Positions 15,870-29,100 of a stretch of 64,000 nt of DNA are shown one piece after another. The stretch's first letter is position 1; every line of letters starts with the position of its first letter. Under the pieces are notes generated by a model. It searched no databases. It saw only the letters and a list, made by a program, of their open reading frames with translations, and had not been told where the DNA came from. The DNA lies in contig NC_092675.1 in assembly GCF_964355755.1 (NCBI RefSeq), positions 9,605,812 through 9,669,811 of the forward strand, read 5' to 3'. Both the position numbers and the translations under genes were made by a program. The stretch is from Antedon mediterranea. Lineage: Eukaryota; Animalia; Echinodermata.

Positions 15870-17785
15870 CAGTGGTGGCGCCAGCGGGGGGGCTACGGGG
15901 GCTCTATCCCCCTCGTCGGGGAGCCTAGCCCCCCCCCCCCCCCATCCCGTCGGGGAACACGGGTACTTTTTGTCGGGGAATATAATATACAGTAAAAAAC
16001 GTTCGCGTTCACTTCATATAGCTTCAGCGCCTAGAAAACCACGACGTTCCATTGACCGTGAGATTACGTCAGAGGGCTATTATGCACTTTTATGCATTCA
16101 TTATTGCCAGAGATCTAACTACTAAACAATAGCTAGTACGCACTTGTTTGGCGGTATCCCTTTGTACGAATCGTTCACCGTTGGGTCGAGACGCGTGATA
16201 TCATGTTCCATCCAGGGACCAAAATGTGTAATGTAGTTATTTTCCAGGCGAAGTTTACCGACGGTTACCGAAGGGAACACGGGTACTTTTTGTCGGGGAA
16301 TATAATATACAGTAAAAAACGTTCGCGTTCACTTGGTAGCTTCAGCGCCTAGAAAACCGCGACGTCTCATTGACCGTGAGAGTACGTCAGAGTGCTATTA
16401 TGCAATTTATATGCATTCATTATTGCCAGCGATCTAACTTACTACTAAACATTAGCTAGGTACGCACTTGTCTGGCGGTATCCCTTTGTACGAATCGTTC
16501 AACGTTGGGTCGAGACGGGCGATATCAAGTTCCATCCAGGGACCAAAATGTGTAATGTAGTTATTTTCCAGGCGAAGTTTACCGACGGTTCGGGTACTTT
16601 TTGTCGGGGAATATAATTCGTTCGCGTTCACTTCGTAGGCTAGCTTCAGCGCCTAGAAAACCTCGACGTTTCATTGACCGTGAGAGTACGTCAGAGTGAT
16701 ATTATGCACTTTATATGCATTCATTATCGCCAGCGATCTAACTTACTACTAAACAATAGCTATATGTACGCACTTGTCTGGCGGTATCCCTTTGTACGAA
16801 TCGTTCAACGTTGGGTCGTGATATCATGTTCCATCCAGGGACCAAAATGTGTACTGTAGTTATTTTCCAGGCGAAGTTTACCGACGGTTACGTCGTGTAC
16901 TGTGTCGACGTACGCTACACTACAGCAAAAACGAATTATGTTAATTGTTCGTATGTTCACCAATTTTTTAATTTACAAGTAACCTTCTGTACCGTGGGGC
17001 ACCTAAAATAAATATTTCATCCATTACTAAACAAAAAAACATGCCATTTTCGCTTAGCCAACATCTTATTATAGCTAAGTTATTACATTTTCAATGTCCT
17101 GTATGTCATGAATTTCTCACCACTCGGAAGTCCAGATGGTACACAGGCATACACTTGGGAGGAATAAACTTATTTCCCCGACTGAAAAGGTCTACGCTTG
17201 CGTTTTTTAAGCCTCTGGGCCTGATGTTTCCAAAGTATAAAATGCAGCTCTAGTTTTAAACATTTTCTTAGCTCAGCCCCAACAATAAAGCTGGTCATAT
17301 TTCGAAGTACAAGAAGTGCATTTTCCGGGACCTAACATCTCTATTTTTCAAACATTTCTTAGCTCAGTCACAACCATGATAGGGACTTATATATTTTGTT
17401 TCATGTTTTGAAGTATAATAAGTCCAATTTCCAGGACCTCCAACTCTATTTTTCTAAATTTTCTTTGAACTTTAATTTTTTAAATTGAAAAATATGGATT
17501 GAAACAGTCATCGCGCACCGTTTTTTTGCACGCAGTATTTTATTTATGCATTATAAAAAATGGAAAAAAATGGCTACCCTAAATCTGATTAAAATGACCT
17601 CAAATGACGCTAGAACGCGTTGCTTCCGGGGGGTTCGCCCCCTGGACCCCCACCGGGGCCGCCCCCTGGACCCCCACCGGGACCCTTGGCGGCCCCCAGC
17701 CTTGTGATGCTCGCTTCGCTCGCATATCCCCCTCGTCGGGGGAATGTATCCCCCCCGCGTCGGGAAGATCCTGGCGCCACCCCTG
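15870..17785. mobile_element. Non-autonomous hAT-like transposon with three ~320-bp internal tandem repeats
   Basis: TIRs CAGTGGTGGCGCCAG / CTGGCGCCACCCCTG; perfect 8-bp TSD gatagttg at 15862-15869 and 17786-17793; internal repeats start near 15953, 16273 and 16591. Confidence 0.9.
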
Positions 17786-17917
17786 GATAGTTGACTCGAT
17801 TTATCATCCCCTTGACCATTTTCACCTCTAATATAACAATGTCTTGCCCATCTCGCTCGACTGTGTGAGGGCGCAATAAACTTTCGATCGCACAGCGAAG
17901 TAACCGGGAGGCGGGAG

Positions 17918-18248
17918 GCGATATTTCTTTTCGTACATAAGTTGGGGACCCCTCGTGAAACGTCACAAAATAAACATGAATATTCATTATCATATCCATA
18001 AGGTGTGACGTAAGAATTCAGCTAACTACAATTCGCTAACGCAAACGATTTCTGTCGAATCGTCTGTGTAGTCGAGTGGATAAGACTATGGACTTCATGT
18101 CGATGTATGGGGTCCGACTCCCATGAGCTACTTCTTTTACTTTCTAGTGAGAGAGAGATTATTTGGAGGGTCAGGTTTAGTTATATTTAGGAAGTAGTTC
18201 GGCTATTTTTCACATGGGATCCCCAACTTATGTACGAAAAAAAATCGC
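17918..18248. mobile_element. MITE with ~40-bp TIRs (Mutator-like), carrying a degenerate tRNA-like segment
   Basis: TIR GCGAT..TTTTCGTACATAAGTTGGGGA.CCC; aaccgggag on both flanks (left copy has a slippage duplication); A/B-box-like sequence at ~18066-18130. Confidence 0.7.
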
Positions 18249-19353
18249 AACCGGGAGCTAATTAAGATAATTTTCGAAGGTAAGCGATGCAGAAACTTTT
18301 ATTAATTAGATATTCTGCTATCTTATTAAATCAGTGGCCGTCAATCAATGTTAATAATCCATGAGCACCCCTTCTATTAAAAATAAATATATAACAATTA
18401 AGCACAGGGCCTAGATGTTGGATAGAAAAAGTAGGCTATTTGATTGCTTTCATACTAGCGTATGAAATAAGATTATTTTAGATAGGCCTATAACTATGAT
18501 ATGCCATACCTTAACCCTAAATTATGAATTTAAGTTTTTCAATATCACTTACTTGGCACAGAATTTTTGTAATATAAATTAAAATATAATGCACCCTAAG
18601 AAATTATTTAGTTTCAATTTTGATTTTTGAAGGTGCAGAATTAAAATTTAAAGTTCGTTCAAATACTTTATATGATAAAGCTTTTGATAATAATAACAAA
18701 TGTAACTTATGCGGTACAAGTTTTGACAAAGACATCATTTCATCCTCAATTGCCCAGCTTTAGATAATATACGTAATCAGGAATAATTTTATTTATATAT
18801 GTGGATATAAATAAAAATGGCAGCAAAAAGATGTTTGATAATTTTATACTTCTCATGAAAATGACAATTTAATTGATGGAGAGTGTGAAAATATTTTGGA
18901 TAGCTTTTGTAAAAGATAGGCCTACCTAAAAAGCATGGACATTTCATAATGATTCATTGAAATCCAAGACTCAATAATTATTTTATCTACATTGCTATAA
19001 TAAGTAAATTGAAAAAAGGGGATTGATGAGGGTGGGGTTGTTGTAATAAGTTGTTTTAACAGTTGATTTTATTTAATACACTTTTACTTATACTTGTGTT
19101 TGTTTCTTTTGTGGAAAGTAATGAGTATGTATTGATTAAATAAAATTGATATTGTTTAGTATCTAATGTTAATCATTTGATTTTGTTCTATCTTCTTTTC
19201 TTTGCAATTATACTTTTCTCTATGTAAATTTATTTATTTATTTTCGTATTTTATATGATATATTTTATATTGTTATTTTGAAGGATGCACCTTGTGCTAT
19301 GTAATCCAAATAAATAAAATACAAATATCGAGGTCTATGATAAGACCCAGTTC

Positions 19354-19475
19354 AAACAAGGCCATATACATGGCTGCAGCCGCGTGCTCAAATTTGAGTT
19401 AGTGTTTACCGACCAACCGACCGACCAACCGACCGACATAGTGAGCTGTAGAGTCGCATTTGCACGCGACTAAAA
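19354..19475 (+). mobile_element. Short dispersed repeat, Helentron/HINE-like 3' end
   Basis: Shares aaacaaggccatata..tggctgcag..gcgtgct..aaatttgagttagtgttta with 7466-7520; ccga microsatellite followed by hairpin agtcgc..gcgact. Confidence 0.5.
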
Positions 19476-19747
19476 AGGGGAAGAGTTTACGTGAAGTAAC
19501 AAAAACCCTACCTAGCGCCCTCATTTATTTATATACTTTAAAGAGGGCGGCATATTGATAAGGATGACAATCTTATAAACTGATATTTCAACATATTTAA
19601 CAATTTCAATATTTATAATGACAGAATATCATAACTTCAAAATTATCCTTTACATCTCTCTTCTTAAAATAAGAAAAGTAACTACTTGGCAGTTTCGTAG
19701 CTGTGATAGTGCTTAAGTATGTACAATTTCAATCCGGACTTGAGAAA

Positions 19748-19820
19748 GCCTCTTTAGCTCAGTGGTTAGAGCACTGGTCTTGTAAACCAGGGGTCGAGAG
19801 TTCAAATCTCTCAAGGGGCT
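19748..19820 (+). tRNA. tRNA-Thr (TGT)
   Basis: GCCTCTT TA GCTC AGTGGTTA GAGC A CTGGT CTTGTAA ACCAG GGGTC GAGAG TTCAAAT CTCTC AAGGGGC T; canonical 73-nt cloverleaf followed by an oligo-T terminator. Confidence 0.96.
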
Positions 19821-19959
19821 ACTTTTGTTTTTTTTTTTATCTATTTAAATGATATTTCCTATCATATTCTCCTTTTTTCAACAATAATCAAAAGTATACA
19901 CGTACACTTTTCGAGTCAAAATTAACTAGTACGACATACCAGCCACCCAAAAATTTTTT

Positions 19960-20055
19960 TTTCCGATCAGCGCGAAATAAAATAACCGATGGATAATGGA
20001 CGCATGCGCTAAAATGCTAACATCCGGGCCTGACAAAAAATATGGCTGCTCGTAC
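19960..20055 (+). promoter_or_regulatory. Putative ANKHD1 core promoter (NRF1-like and YY1-like motifs)
   Basis: CGCATGCGC at 20001-20009 and AAAATATGGCTG at ~20037-20048 in a CpG-containing patch ~130-170 bp upstream of the ATG. Confidence 0.45.
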
Positions 20056-20170
20056 ATCAGAATAGAAGAACAAGTCGTAGGAGAATAATGCCGTAATTTG
20101 TCCTTTTTTCTGGAATAATTTTAAGTAAGAAGCATTCAGTATAAATATTATGTAAACATAGAGTAAGAAA

Positions 20171-23100
20171 ATGCAGAATGGTGGGGATGAAAATACCGGA
20201 ACTGCTCTTCCTGAGTCAAAACTTTGCGAAGCCCAGCAGAAGTTGCTGAGTCTGAGCTCCACGTTAGATCAGGTTGAAGGGAACTTGAATTCAATACAAG
20301 AGGATTTGTCGAAATCACAAGAGATGCCTAACTTATCAGGCAGTGAAGAAGCAGAGGCTTCAGAGGTAAATCATCAGTACCTGAATGTTTCAGCTTTAAA
20401 TTCAGAGAAGATGACAGGTTAACCAGCAATACTTTAGGCTAGCGACTGTCCTGATTGGGTTAATCAAAATGAGGATTGGCTGGCTAGGCTAGCTAGCCCT
20501 TCTTTTATTTTTTTTAGCCACCTACCCATAGAATTAGGCCTAGCCTAAGCCTATATGTCTTTTCGTGTTGTCTCGCTTATGTTTGATTATATCTTAGTAT
20601 ATCTTATGTTAGTTACTGTTGATGAAACATGTAAAAATACATGTGAATTAAAGATAGGCCTACCATACCAAGATATTGAAATATGCTTATCTTATCTACC
20701 TACTACTAGGCTACTACTCTTGGGGTGATCCGTTCCCAGCCAGCCCTACTAGCCTAGTACGCCTAACAATAACATGTGATGTGTAGGCCTAGCCTATATG
20801 GCCTAGTAGTAGGCCTATAATCAAAATAAACCCCTGAATATTAAATCTGTAACACTATAACAAAAATTGGGTAAACTATGTTGACCTAGCTTGGCCCCTA
20901 TTTATGCACTTGTCAATTGTATGACCCACTATACGACCCCCGAGAGAGGTGCGTCATGGGTGCGTCATTTACAAAGAATTACAGGGGTGCGTCTAAAAAC
21001 CTAGATGGTCATTGGTACGTCACATCAAAATGAACAAGGTGTGTCAATGTCCGTCACTCTACCACCCACCATATCATAAACAACATGGTCACAGTGCGTC
21101 AAAATGGGTGCGTCATGGTCACCTAAAGGTAAGTCACCTTTTTGACGCACGGGTGCGTCATGATATTCAAAAGTAAGACGCACATCGGACAAATGACGCA
21201 CCTCTCCCGGGGGTCGTATAGTGGGTCATACAATTGACAAGTGCATTATTATACCGGCTACCAACTTATCCATCCCTCTAGCCTCTCATAATAACTTATT
21301 AATATAATAAGCATATAATATAATGCCTAGGGCCTAAATGCTGGAAAATTATATTAGTTAGGCCGCCTATTCAATGTTAAATTCTGGGGGGTTTTTTTTT
21401 GCGAAAAAATGTTTTATTTGTTGTTTTTCTTTGTTTCTTTAAATGGATTGTTTGTCAAATGCATGGTGTTGTGTGGTAATGCACTTGTCAATTGTATGAC
21501 CCACTATACGACCCCGGGAGAGGTGCGTCATTTGTCCGATATACGACATACCTTATGAATACCATGACACACCTGTGCGTAAAAAATGTGCCTTACCTTT
21601 ACTGTAGGTGGCCATGACGCACCCATTTTGACGCACTGTGACCATGTTGTTTATGATATGGTGTGTGGTAAAGTGATCAGTCAGTAATTATTTGTAAATT
21701 ACGCACCTCTTCCGGGGGTTGTATAGTGGGTCATACACTTGATAGAAATCTGTTGTTGAAATGATGTTTGAAACATTGTGCTGTTATCAGAAAATGTAGT
21801 CCTACTGTATCCAACAATTGTATTTTCTCTTTTTTAACTATTATTAACATTAGGGACTCATTGATATATTGTTAACAAAACATAATGATGAAACAAAATA
21901 AACGACTATACATGTCATCATTGCTACTGTAATTTCTAAACCATGAGAACCTAATTGTAGAATGTGCCACAATAAACATTGCTTTTAGGATGTACACTAG
22001 TCTTCATGGATCATACAGTATTTCAGATGTCTACCTTCATAGCTATGATTGCCCTTTGTTCTCCCAGTACAATATACAAAATTAAGTAACTAAAACTGTA
22101 CAGCAACTTTTTTTTTGTCAAAATCGAGAAGAATAAGTTTTTTGGGCAAGGAAAAGTTCAAAAAGTGACTTAGTCTTCACAAAGAATGTCTACAAAACCA
22201 AAGTACTGATGATTTGATTATTTAAAAGAATATACTACTAATACTATACTACTGTAATTGCCTTTTTTACCTCAGATTTCACCTTTCATCCTGGATAAGG
22301 AATTAGAACATTTTGACGGGGAGCCGATACTGGACACTGCTTCCAAGCTTCTACACCTAGATCCAAGCGGAACACCTGACCTCCGAACTGTTGACCCAGA
22401 AACATTAGAAGCACTACTTGAAGCTGCAGGCAAGTTACATTTTTATGCTTTATTTTTAATACAGTCGACTCCGCCTAAGTCGAATTCGCGTAAGTCGAAC
22501 GAAAAATCGCGTAAGTTGAATTGTTATGAAAGTCCCAATTCTTTCCTATACATTACTGTGTAAATTTTATTTGTAAGTCAAATTTTTCTAAGTCGAAATT
22601 CGTCTAAGTCAACGTCTTTTTGCGGTCTGAATACACACATTCTTTAGTAATTTATATCGTATAAGTCGAAGTCACAAATCATGCGGCAACAACGCGCTAA
22701 AAAAGCCGATGAAACGTACGGAAATTAAATAAACAAACGGGAGAGGTGATAATGTGGGACCATATCGATTCTCTCATACAGGTTATATAGTACAGTAGAA
22801 CCTTCATTTTAAGTATGGTACGGGACCAAAAGGCGTACGTAAAACAAGGGATTCGTAAAATCAAGGTTGACCTTAAATTGACCCCAAATACGTAGAGATC
22901 GTAGCTAGCCGTGTTTGCCTACTTCTGTACAGTATGCAGGTGGTCACTAGCTAGGCCTTGCCTAGACTATTCAGGCCAGGCTAGCAGGCCTAGCAAGATG
23001 TGAGGCCTAACTAGAAAAGTACAGTATATACAGGCTGTGCGATGTTTAAATAAAGTGTAAAATATAATTGTTTTCTATCAATAAAAACAGTCGCTGCTTT

Positions 23101-26100
23101 AGGGGGAATGCACATGTGTAGCTTGTCCCACACACAGCAGAATTCCACACACAGCCATGATTGTGGCTTTGTGTGCTTTGTTGTTGTTAAATTGCGCCCT
23201 CAATGTAAGAAAATGATGACGTCATCGGTTATTTTAAGCGTACGTAAAATCGAGGGAACGTAAAATCAGGGTACGTAAAACACAGGTTCTACTGTATAGG
23301 CGGCGTCCTATAACTCGCGCTAATATTATACTGTATCTGTAGAACTTGAGCGGCGTGGGTACCCATTTTTGTGTTAGACAGATGGCAATAAACAATGGAT
23401 ACCGATTTCGAATAAGAACTGAAATGTATTTAATTATACGTTTTCGTATTGTTACGATTAAACCATAAAGAAAATACAGTTTGTCATTGCCGATTATTAG
23501 GCCTAGCTAGCTAAGCAAACTCAATTCAAGAAGGCTCATTGTGTGGGGGGGCTGCGATCGCGACAGGGTCAACTAGCTGGGCCTAGCCACATAGTGAGTG
23601 GACCTAGGCCTAGCATTTTTTTTTTACAAATCTGTAAGTCGAAGTTCGCATAACTCGAATTTTTATACCGGTCCAATTAGATTCGACTTAGGTGCAGTCG
23701 ACAGGCGCAGTGTATAAAGATTACATATTACATACATTTTCCTTTGAAAATTATCTATGCATACTAAGTATTCTTATATATTTGTGTTTGCCTTATCTAT
23801 ATTATAAGTGAGAGAGTTTGTCTGTTTGTCTGTCTGTTTGTTTGTTTGTTCGTTATACAAAATTTTGTTACTGCACATAATCTTACAGGGGTATCAAAAT
23901 GACCGCAATTGTACCGGGAATGTTCTAAGCTATATTTCAACATCATCCGCCACCTAGGATCCAAGTTAGGGACCAAAATGTGGTCAAACCCCCCCCCCCC
24001 CCCTTTCGATGTTTGTTCGTTATAAAAATTTCTGTTTCTGCACGTAACCATACGTATGGGGTATCAGAATGATGGCAATTGTACCCGGAAGGTTTTAAAC
24101 TACATTTAAAAAAATTCCCCCGACTCCTGGGTTTTTTGTGGGAGGGGTGGGGCGGGGGTGGTGTGGTGGTTTTTGATGTCATTTTTTGCTAGGGCTCGGG
24201 GTTGTAGGCTATTGAATTGTAAAATTATACTACAAAAGTTTTACAGTATTTTAATTATCCTCAGCAAGGCGTATATAGATATACTCATTAACCAATATGA
24301 CACCTATTCATTTACACATTTAGCAAAGTACTTTAACCATATCCAGCTATGTATCGGTCTCTTGGATTGTCTCAGTACAGACATCCATTCCTGTGTGAAC
24401 ATACAAACGTTGTTTACTGTTACTGTGTTCAACTACACCACCAATCCTCCAAGGGAAAAACGCCCATTGTGGGAGAGTGGGGTTGGGAGATAGGGTTTGG
24501 GTTCAGGGGATAGTGGAGATTTTGCTTACACCAGAATTGTGGTTGGAAAATGTTAAAGTATTTAATCATCCCTGGGAAGCGGATGGGAGTTTGGGGTGGG
24601 GATGTAGGCCTATGACCATGACCGAAACTGTATTTGGAATGTTTTAAACTACATTTGAAAACTGCCACTGAGGGATTATGGGTTGGGAGTGATAACAACA
24701 CAATTTGTACTGGAACCGGCCAGTGTATCTGGGGTGTGTTTGTAGGGGGAGGAGGAGCGAAAATACTAGCGTAATGAAGTAGCCCATATGATTGGATTGT
24801 ACTAGGAAAAGTTACTAAATTTGAACTGTCCAGGGGAGGAGTTAAGGTTTGTTGATGGTGGCTGGGGTGGTGAAAGGAGAAAGAAGGCTAGGGGGCCGCA
24901 GTATCTAAATTACATATTTTAATTATCAGCCAATATGACACCTATTCATTTACACAATTTACAATGTACTTCAACCATTATTAGACCCATCGTAGCTATG
25001 CATACTCCTCTCAATTCGAAGCTTAGATTGAATTTGTCCATCACTGGGAAGAATTTGTTTTTAAGAAAGAGTATAGGGTGTTATTGAAGAGGGGTGGAGG
25101 TTGGTAAGTATAGACAGATACTGGCGTCGGGTGTTATGTACTGAGAAGGCTGTAAACTAATTTTGAAACCCGCCCTGGGGCGGGTATAATTGCTAGTTAC
25201 TGTATAAGAGAAAAGAATAAAAATGTTTTTGCTGTAAAAATAAACTTTTATCAACAAAAATAATTGACTAATTATAATAAATAAACACTCCCTGATCTTG
25301 TTTATAATTTTAATAGAAGAACCATTTGATTTATGTTTTATATTTGTTTAAGAGAATGTTTAAATTGAGCTTGAGAATAACCCCATGATGGCGTTTAAAC
25401 ATTCTCATTTTCTTTTAATTACTTAAATGAAAATCGCATGTCATGCCAGCTCTGGCAAGTAAATCAAACGTTAATGTTTCTGGCTATTTATTTCATGGCT
25501 ATGTACATATCGATTGGGCCATAGCCGCATGGAGTGTCATGAAAACGAAGTATTGATGTTCGATTTTATTTTCCGGAGGTGTACCAAAGCATTGGGTGAA
25601 ACATAGAGATATTATAGTGTCTCTATCGGTGAAAGAAAGAACCTTTACACTATGACACTATGAACCTTTATTACCATGATTTTCTGAATATCAAAGAATT
25701 ACATAATGTATTGTGGAAGCTTCATTTACTACAGCACTACAGTGTGTTTATTCATGCAGATCTCTTTTGTTTTCAATGGTTATATACATACCTGCACTTT
25801 CTTTTGTATGATAATAGAGTAGCAGGTTTTGTAGGCCTATACTGAGTTCAAATTTGTGTATTCTACTCTAAAACAAATACACAAATAAAAATAAACAGTA
25901 CTACTGTAATGTATCATCAGTATTTAATGATTTACAACCTCATTTTGAACTAAGTATGTATGGTATTGGTATGGTTAGTTTAATGCTGATAATAAATCAT
26001 TTGTTTAATTAAAGTTATACATTTTTGTTTAAATATGAAATAATATGTCTTTCAAAATGTTAGCTTTCCATTTGATTTGATTCGATTTATTTTGATACAG

Positions 26101-29100
26101 GGAGAATATTCACTAGACAAAAATGCAAACATTTACATGATGCCAGAAATAGCCCTGTGCAGTAAATCCCCAAAACGAATTAAATTTAATTTGATAAAAT
26201 ACATATTTTTATTATAATATTATAAAAAATGAACTGCTTATACAATTTTATTCCAATGTGTGGCTATTCCAATTTTATCCAATTTTGTATGTTTTAAAAT
26301 ATTTAAATATTTAATTATTAATCTATTTTACTAATAATAATGTAAAGTGGTAAATACTATATAGGTAATTCCAAGTAAGTAAAATTAATAAGTGTGGTTT
26401 CATTATAACTTACAGTATCTATAGTTAGATTTGCATAGTAACAGCCTGACTAACATAATGTGGTAAACACATGTTCACATTGCCCTTTGTTAATATGTTT
26501 TATTGTTTTCTTTAAAGCTGGTTGTAACACTGTAATAATTTTTAAAATCCCATTAAATTTAGAATAAGTTAGTTATACTGTGTTACTATTTTACACAGGT
26601 CAACTATTGCCTATTAACAGTAACAATAGGATTTCAATAAAATAAAAAAATTTGCTTAATCAAGTTAGTTCACAGCTTATAGCATTTTGTTTAAAAATTA
26701 AATTAGGTAATAAGTGTAAAGCTAAGTCAAAATACAACTGTTTAATTCCATTGAACAAAATCTATGAAATATATACTGGATACAGTACTTCACCTTTAAT
26801 ATTTACACTATGTCTCAAACAAACACTTTCGCATTTTTAAATAAAGCTTAATCATCTTCAAATATTATCTATGATGAAGATTAGAACTAAATTAAAGTCA
26901 TTGGTTTTACTGTTCTTTATAGGCATTGATAAGCTTACAACTGCTGATGGGAAAGCTTTTACTGACCCTGAGATCCTACGCAAATTAACCTCTTCAGTGA
27001 GTTCTGCATTGGACGAGGCTGCAGCTGCCCTCAATCGGATGCGTGCAGAAAACGCTGCTGGAATAGGCAACGAAACAGCAGATGGGTAAGAATTGTGCTT
27101 AGTTACTGAAGTTGTATCCAGCTTAGCAAATGGCTATCAAACATAGTCTGGGCTAGTTAACCTCATTGCATGTTCTGATATTAGACTCATAACAACAATA
27201 GCCCTTACAGACGTGTTGACTGATGCCTGTATAAATAGATGCATCGTTGCCCGGCATATATCTATTCACATGGACGATAACCATATAAAATTAATCAATT
27301 GTCACATTTTCAGTGCATCATATATGGAGGATAGCGACAAAACTGCTGGTGCGACAATATTTGATGATGAAAAAGCCATTCATGAGACGACAGAGGAAGG
27401 CGAGAGTTTGCTTTCTTTAGCCTGTTCAGGTGGTTACTTTGAGCTAGCACAGGTAAGGATAGACATATTCACACACTAGCATTCTGTCATTCTAAATAGT
27501 ATCAAGGCCCCACTTCAGACTCTTTTATTATTTCTGATTATAAATGTGATGTTCTTTGCAGGTGTTACTAAAAATGAATGCAGCTATTGAAGACCGTGGA
27601 CTAAAGGGGGATTGTACGCCGCTAATGGAAGCGGCATCAGGGGGACATGTTGATGTTGTGCGATTGTTGATTGAATATGGTGCGCATGTCAACTCTAAAT
27701 CACAAACAGGTATTTTCAGAAAACTTTATATAATATAAATGATAGAATGCAGATAAAAGGTATTCTGAGGATCCCATAATGCTTTCTATAAACATTTGAA
27801 AATATGCGATTTGATGTATTAATTTTTATTTTAAACTTGCCTAGACACAGACATTAAAGAAAAGCAATATCAATCATGAGACAGACACATTCTAATAACC
27901 TAATGAAATTTGTTACAATTTAAGGAAACACAGCACTAATGTATGCATGCAGTGGCGGCCATGAGGATGTTGTACAGGTACTGTTAGAGCATGGTGCCAA
28001 TATCGAAGATCATAATGAGAATGGTCACACTCCATTAATGGAAGCAGCCAGTTGTGGTCACGTTGAAGTGGCTCGCTTGTTGCTGATGAGAGGCGCTGGA
28101 ATTAATACACACTCCAACGAGTTCAAAGAGAGTGCTCTCACACTAGCCTGCTATAAAGGTACCTTTTAATGATAGTGTTAATCTGCTCATTTCTACTTCA
28201 ATGTAAATTCTTACTTGTAGCTTTCAATATGAAATGAATAACATAGATGATCCTACCAGATCACCACACTGGGAGATGATCCTACCAGATCACCACACTG
28301 GGAGATGATCCTACCAGATCACCACACTGGGAGATGATCCTACCAGATCACCACACTGGGAGATGATCCTACCAGATCACCACACTGGGAGATGATCCTA
28401 CCAGATCACCACACTGGGAGATGATCCTTTACTTTTTTCAAATAGTGTACCAAGTTCTTTAACATGCACTATATGTAAACATTTGCTTTACAAAGGATGG
28501 GGCAATGAGAGTAAGCATCTTGCCTAAAGATACAATCAGTATTGTACAAATAGGCTTGAACCTAATGCCTATCACATGCTAGTCCTATATTATCATTACA
28601 CCATCACTCCCCAGGCAATCTGCCATCCAGAACACAACCAAGCCCAACATTGCTCAACTTCGGTGATCCTACGAGAATTGGTGTTCAACGTATCATGGCC
28701 GTATAATAGTAATATTTATCAAATACATGATTTCTCAATTTTCAGGTCATTTGGAAATGGTAAAGTTTCTATTGGAAGCAGGAGCTGACCATGAGCACAA
28801 GACAGATGAAATGCATACAGCATTAATGGAGGCTTCAATGGATGGTCATGTTGAGGTGGCACAACTCTTACTTGACCATGGGGCCCAGGTAAGCTTATCA
28901 ATGCTAACTTTTGTCAAGAATATACTATAATTTATACTGAGTGAAAACTTCCTATCCCATTGGTTTTAAACATAAAGCTTAAAGCTCTGTCTACACTATC
29001 AAACTAGCCCAAATATGGTAGTGATATGATGTCATTGTGTCCATATATCGGCACATCACATTTTGTTGTCACAAGTTTGATAGTAAAAGTGGTTTAATAG

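Noticed and set aside
17604-17999. GC-rich ORFs with GGGP repeats
   Set aside because: They lie in the GC-rich subterminal region of the hAT-like element.
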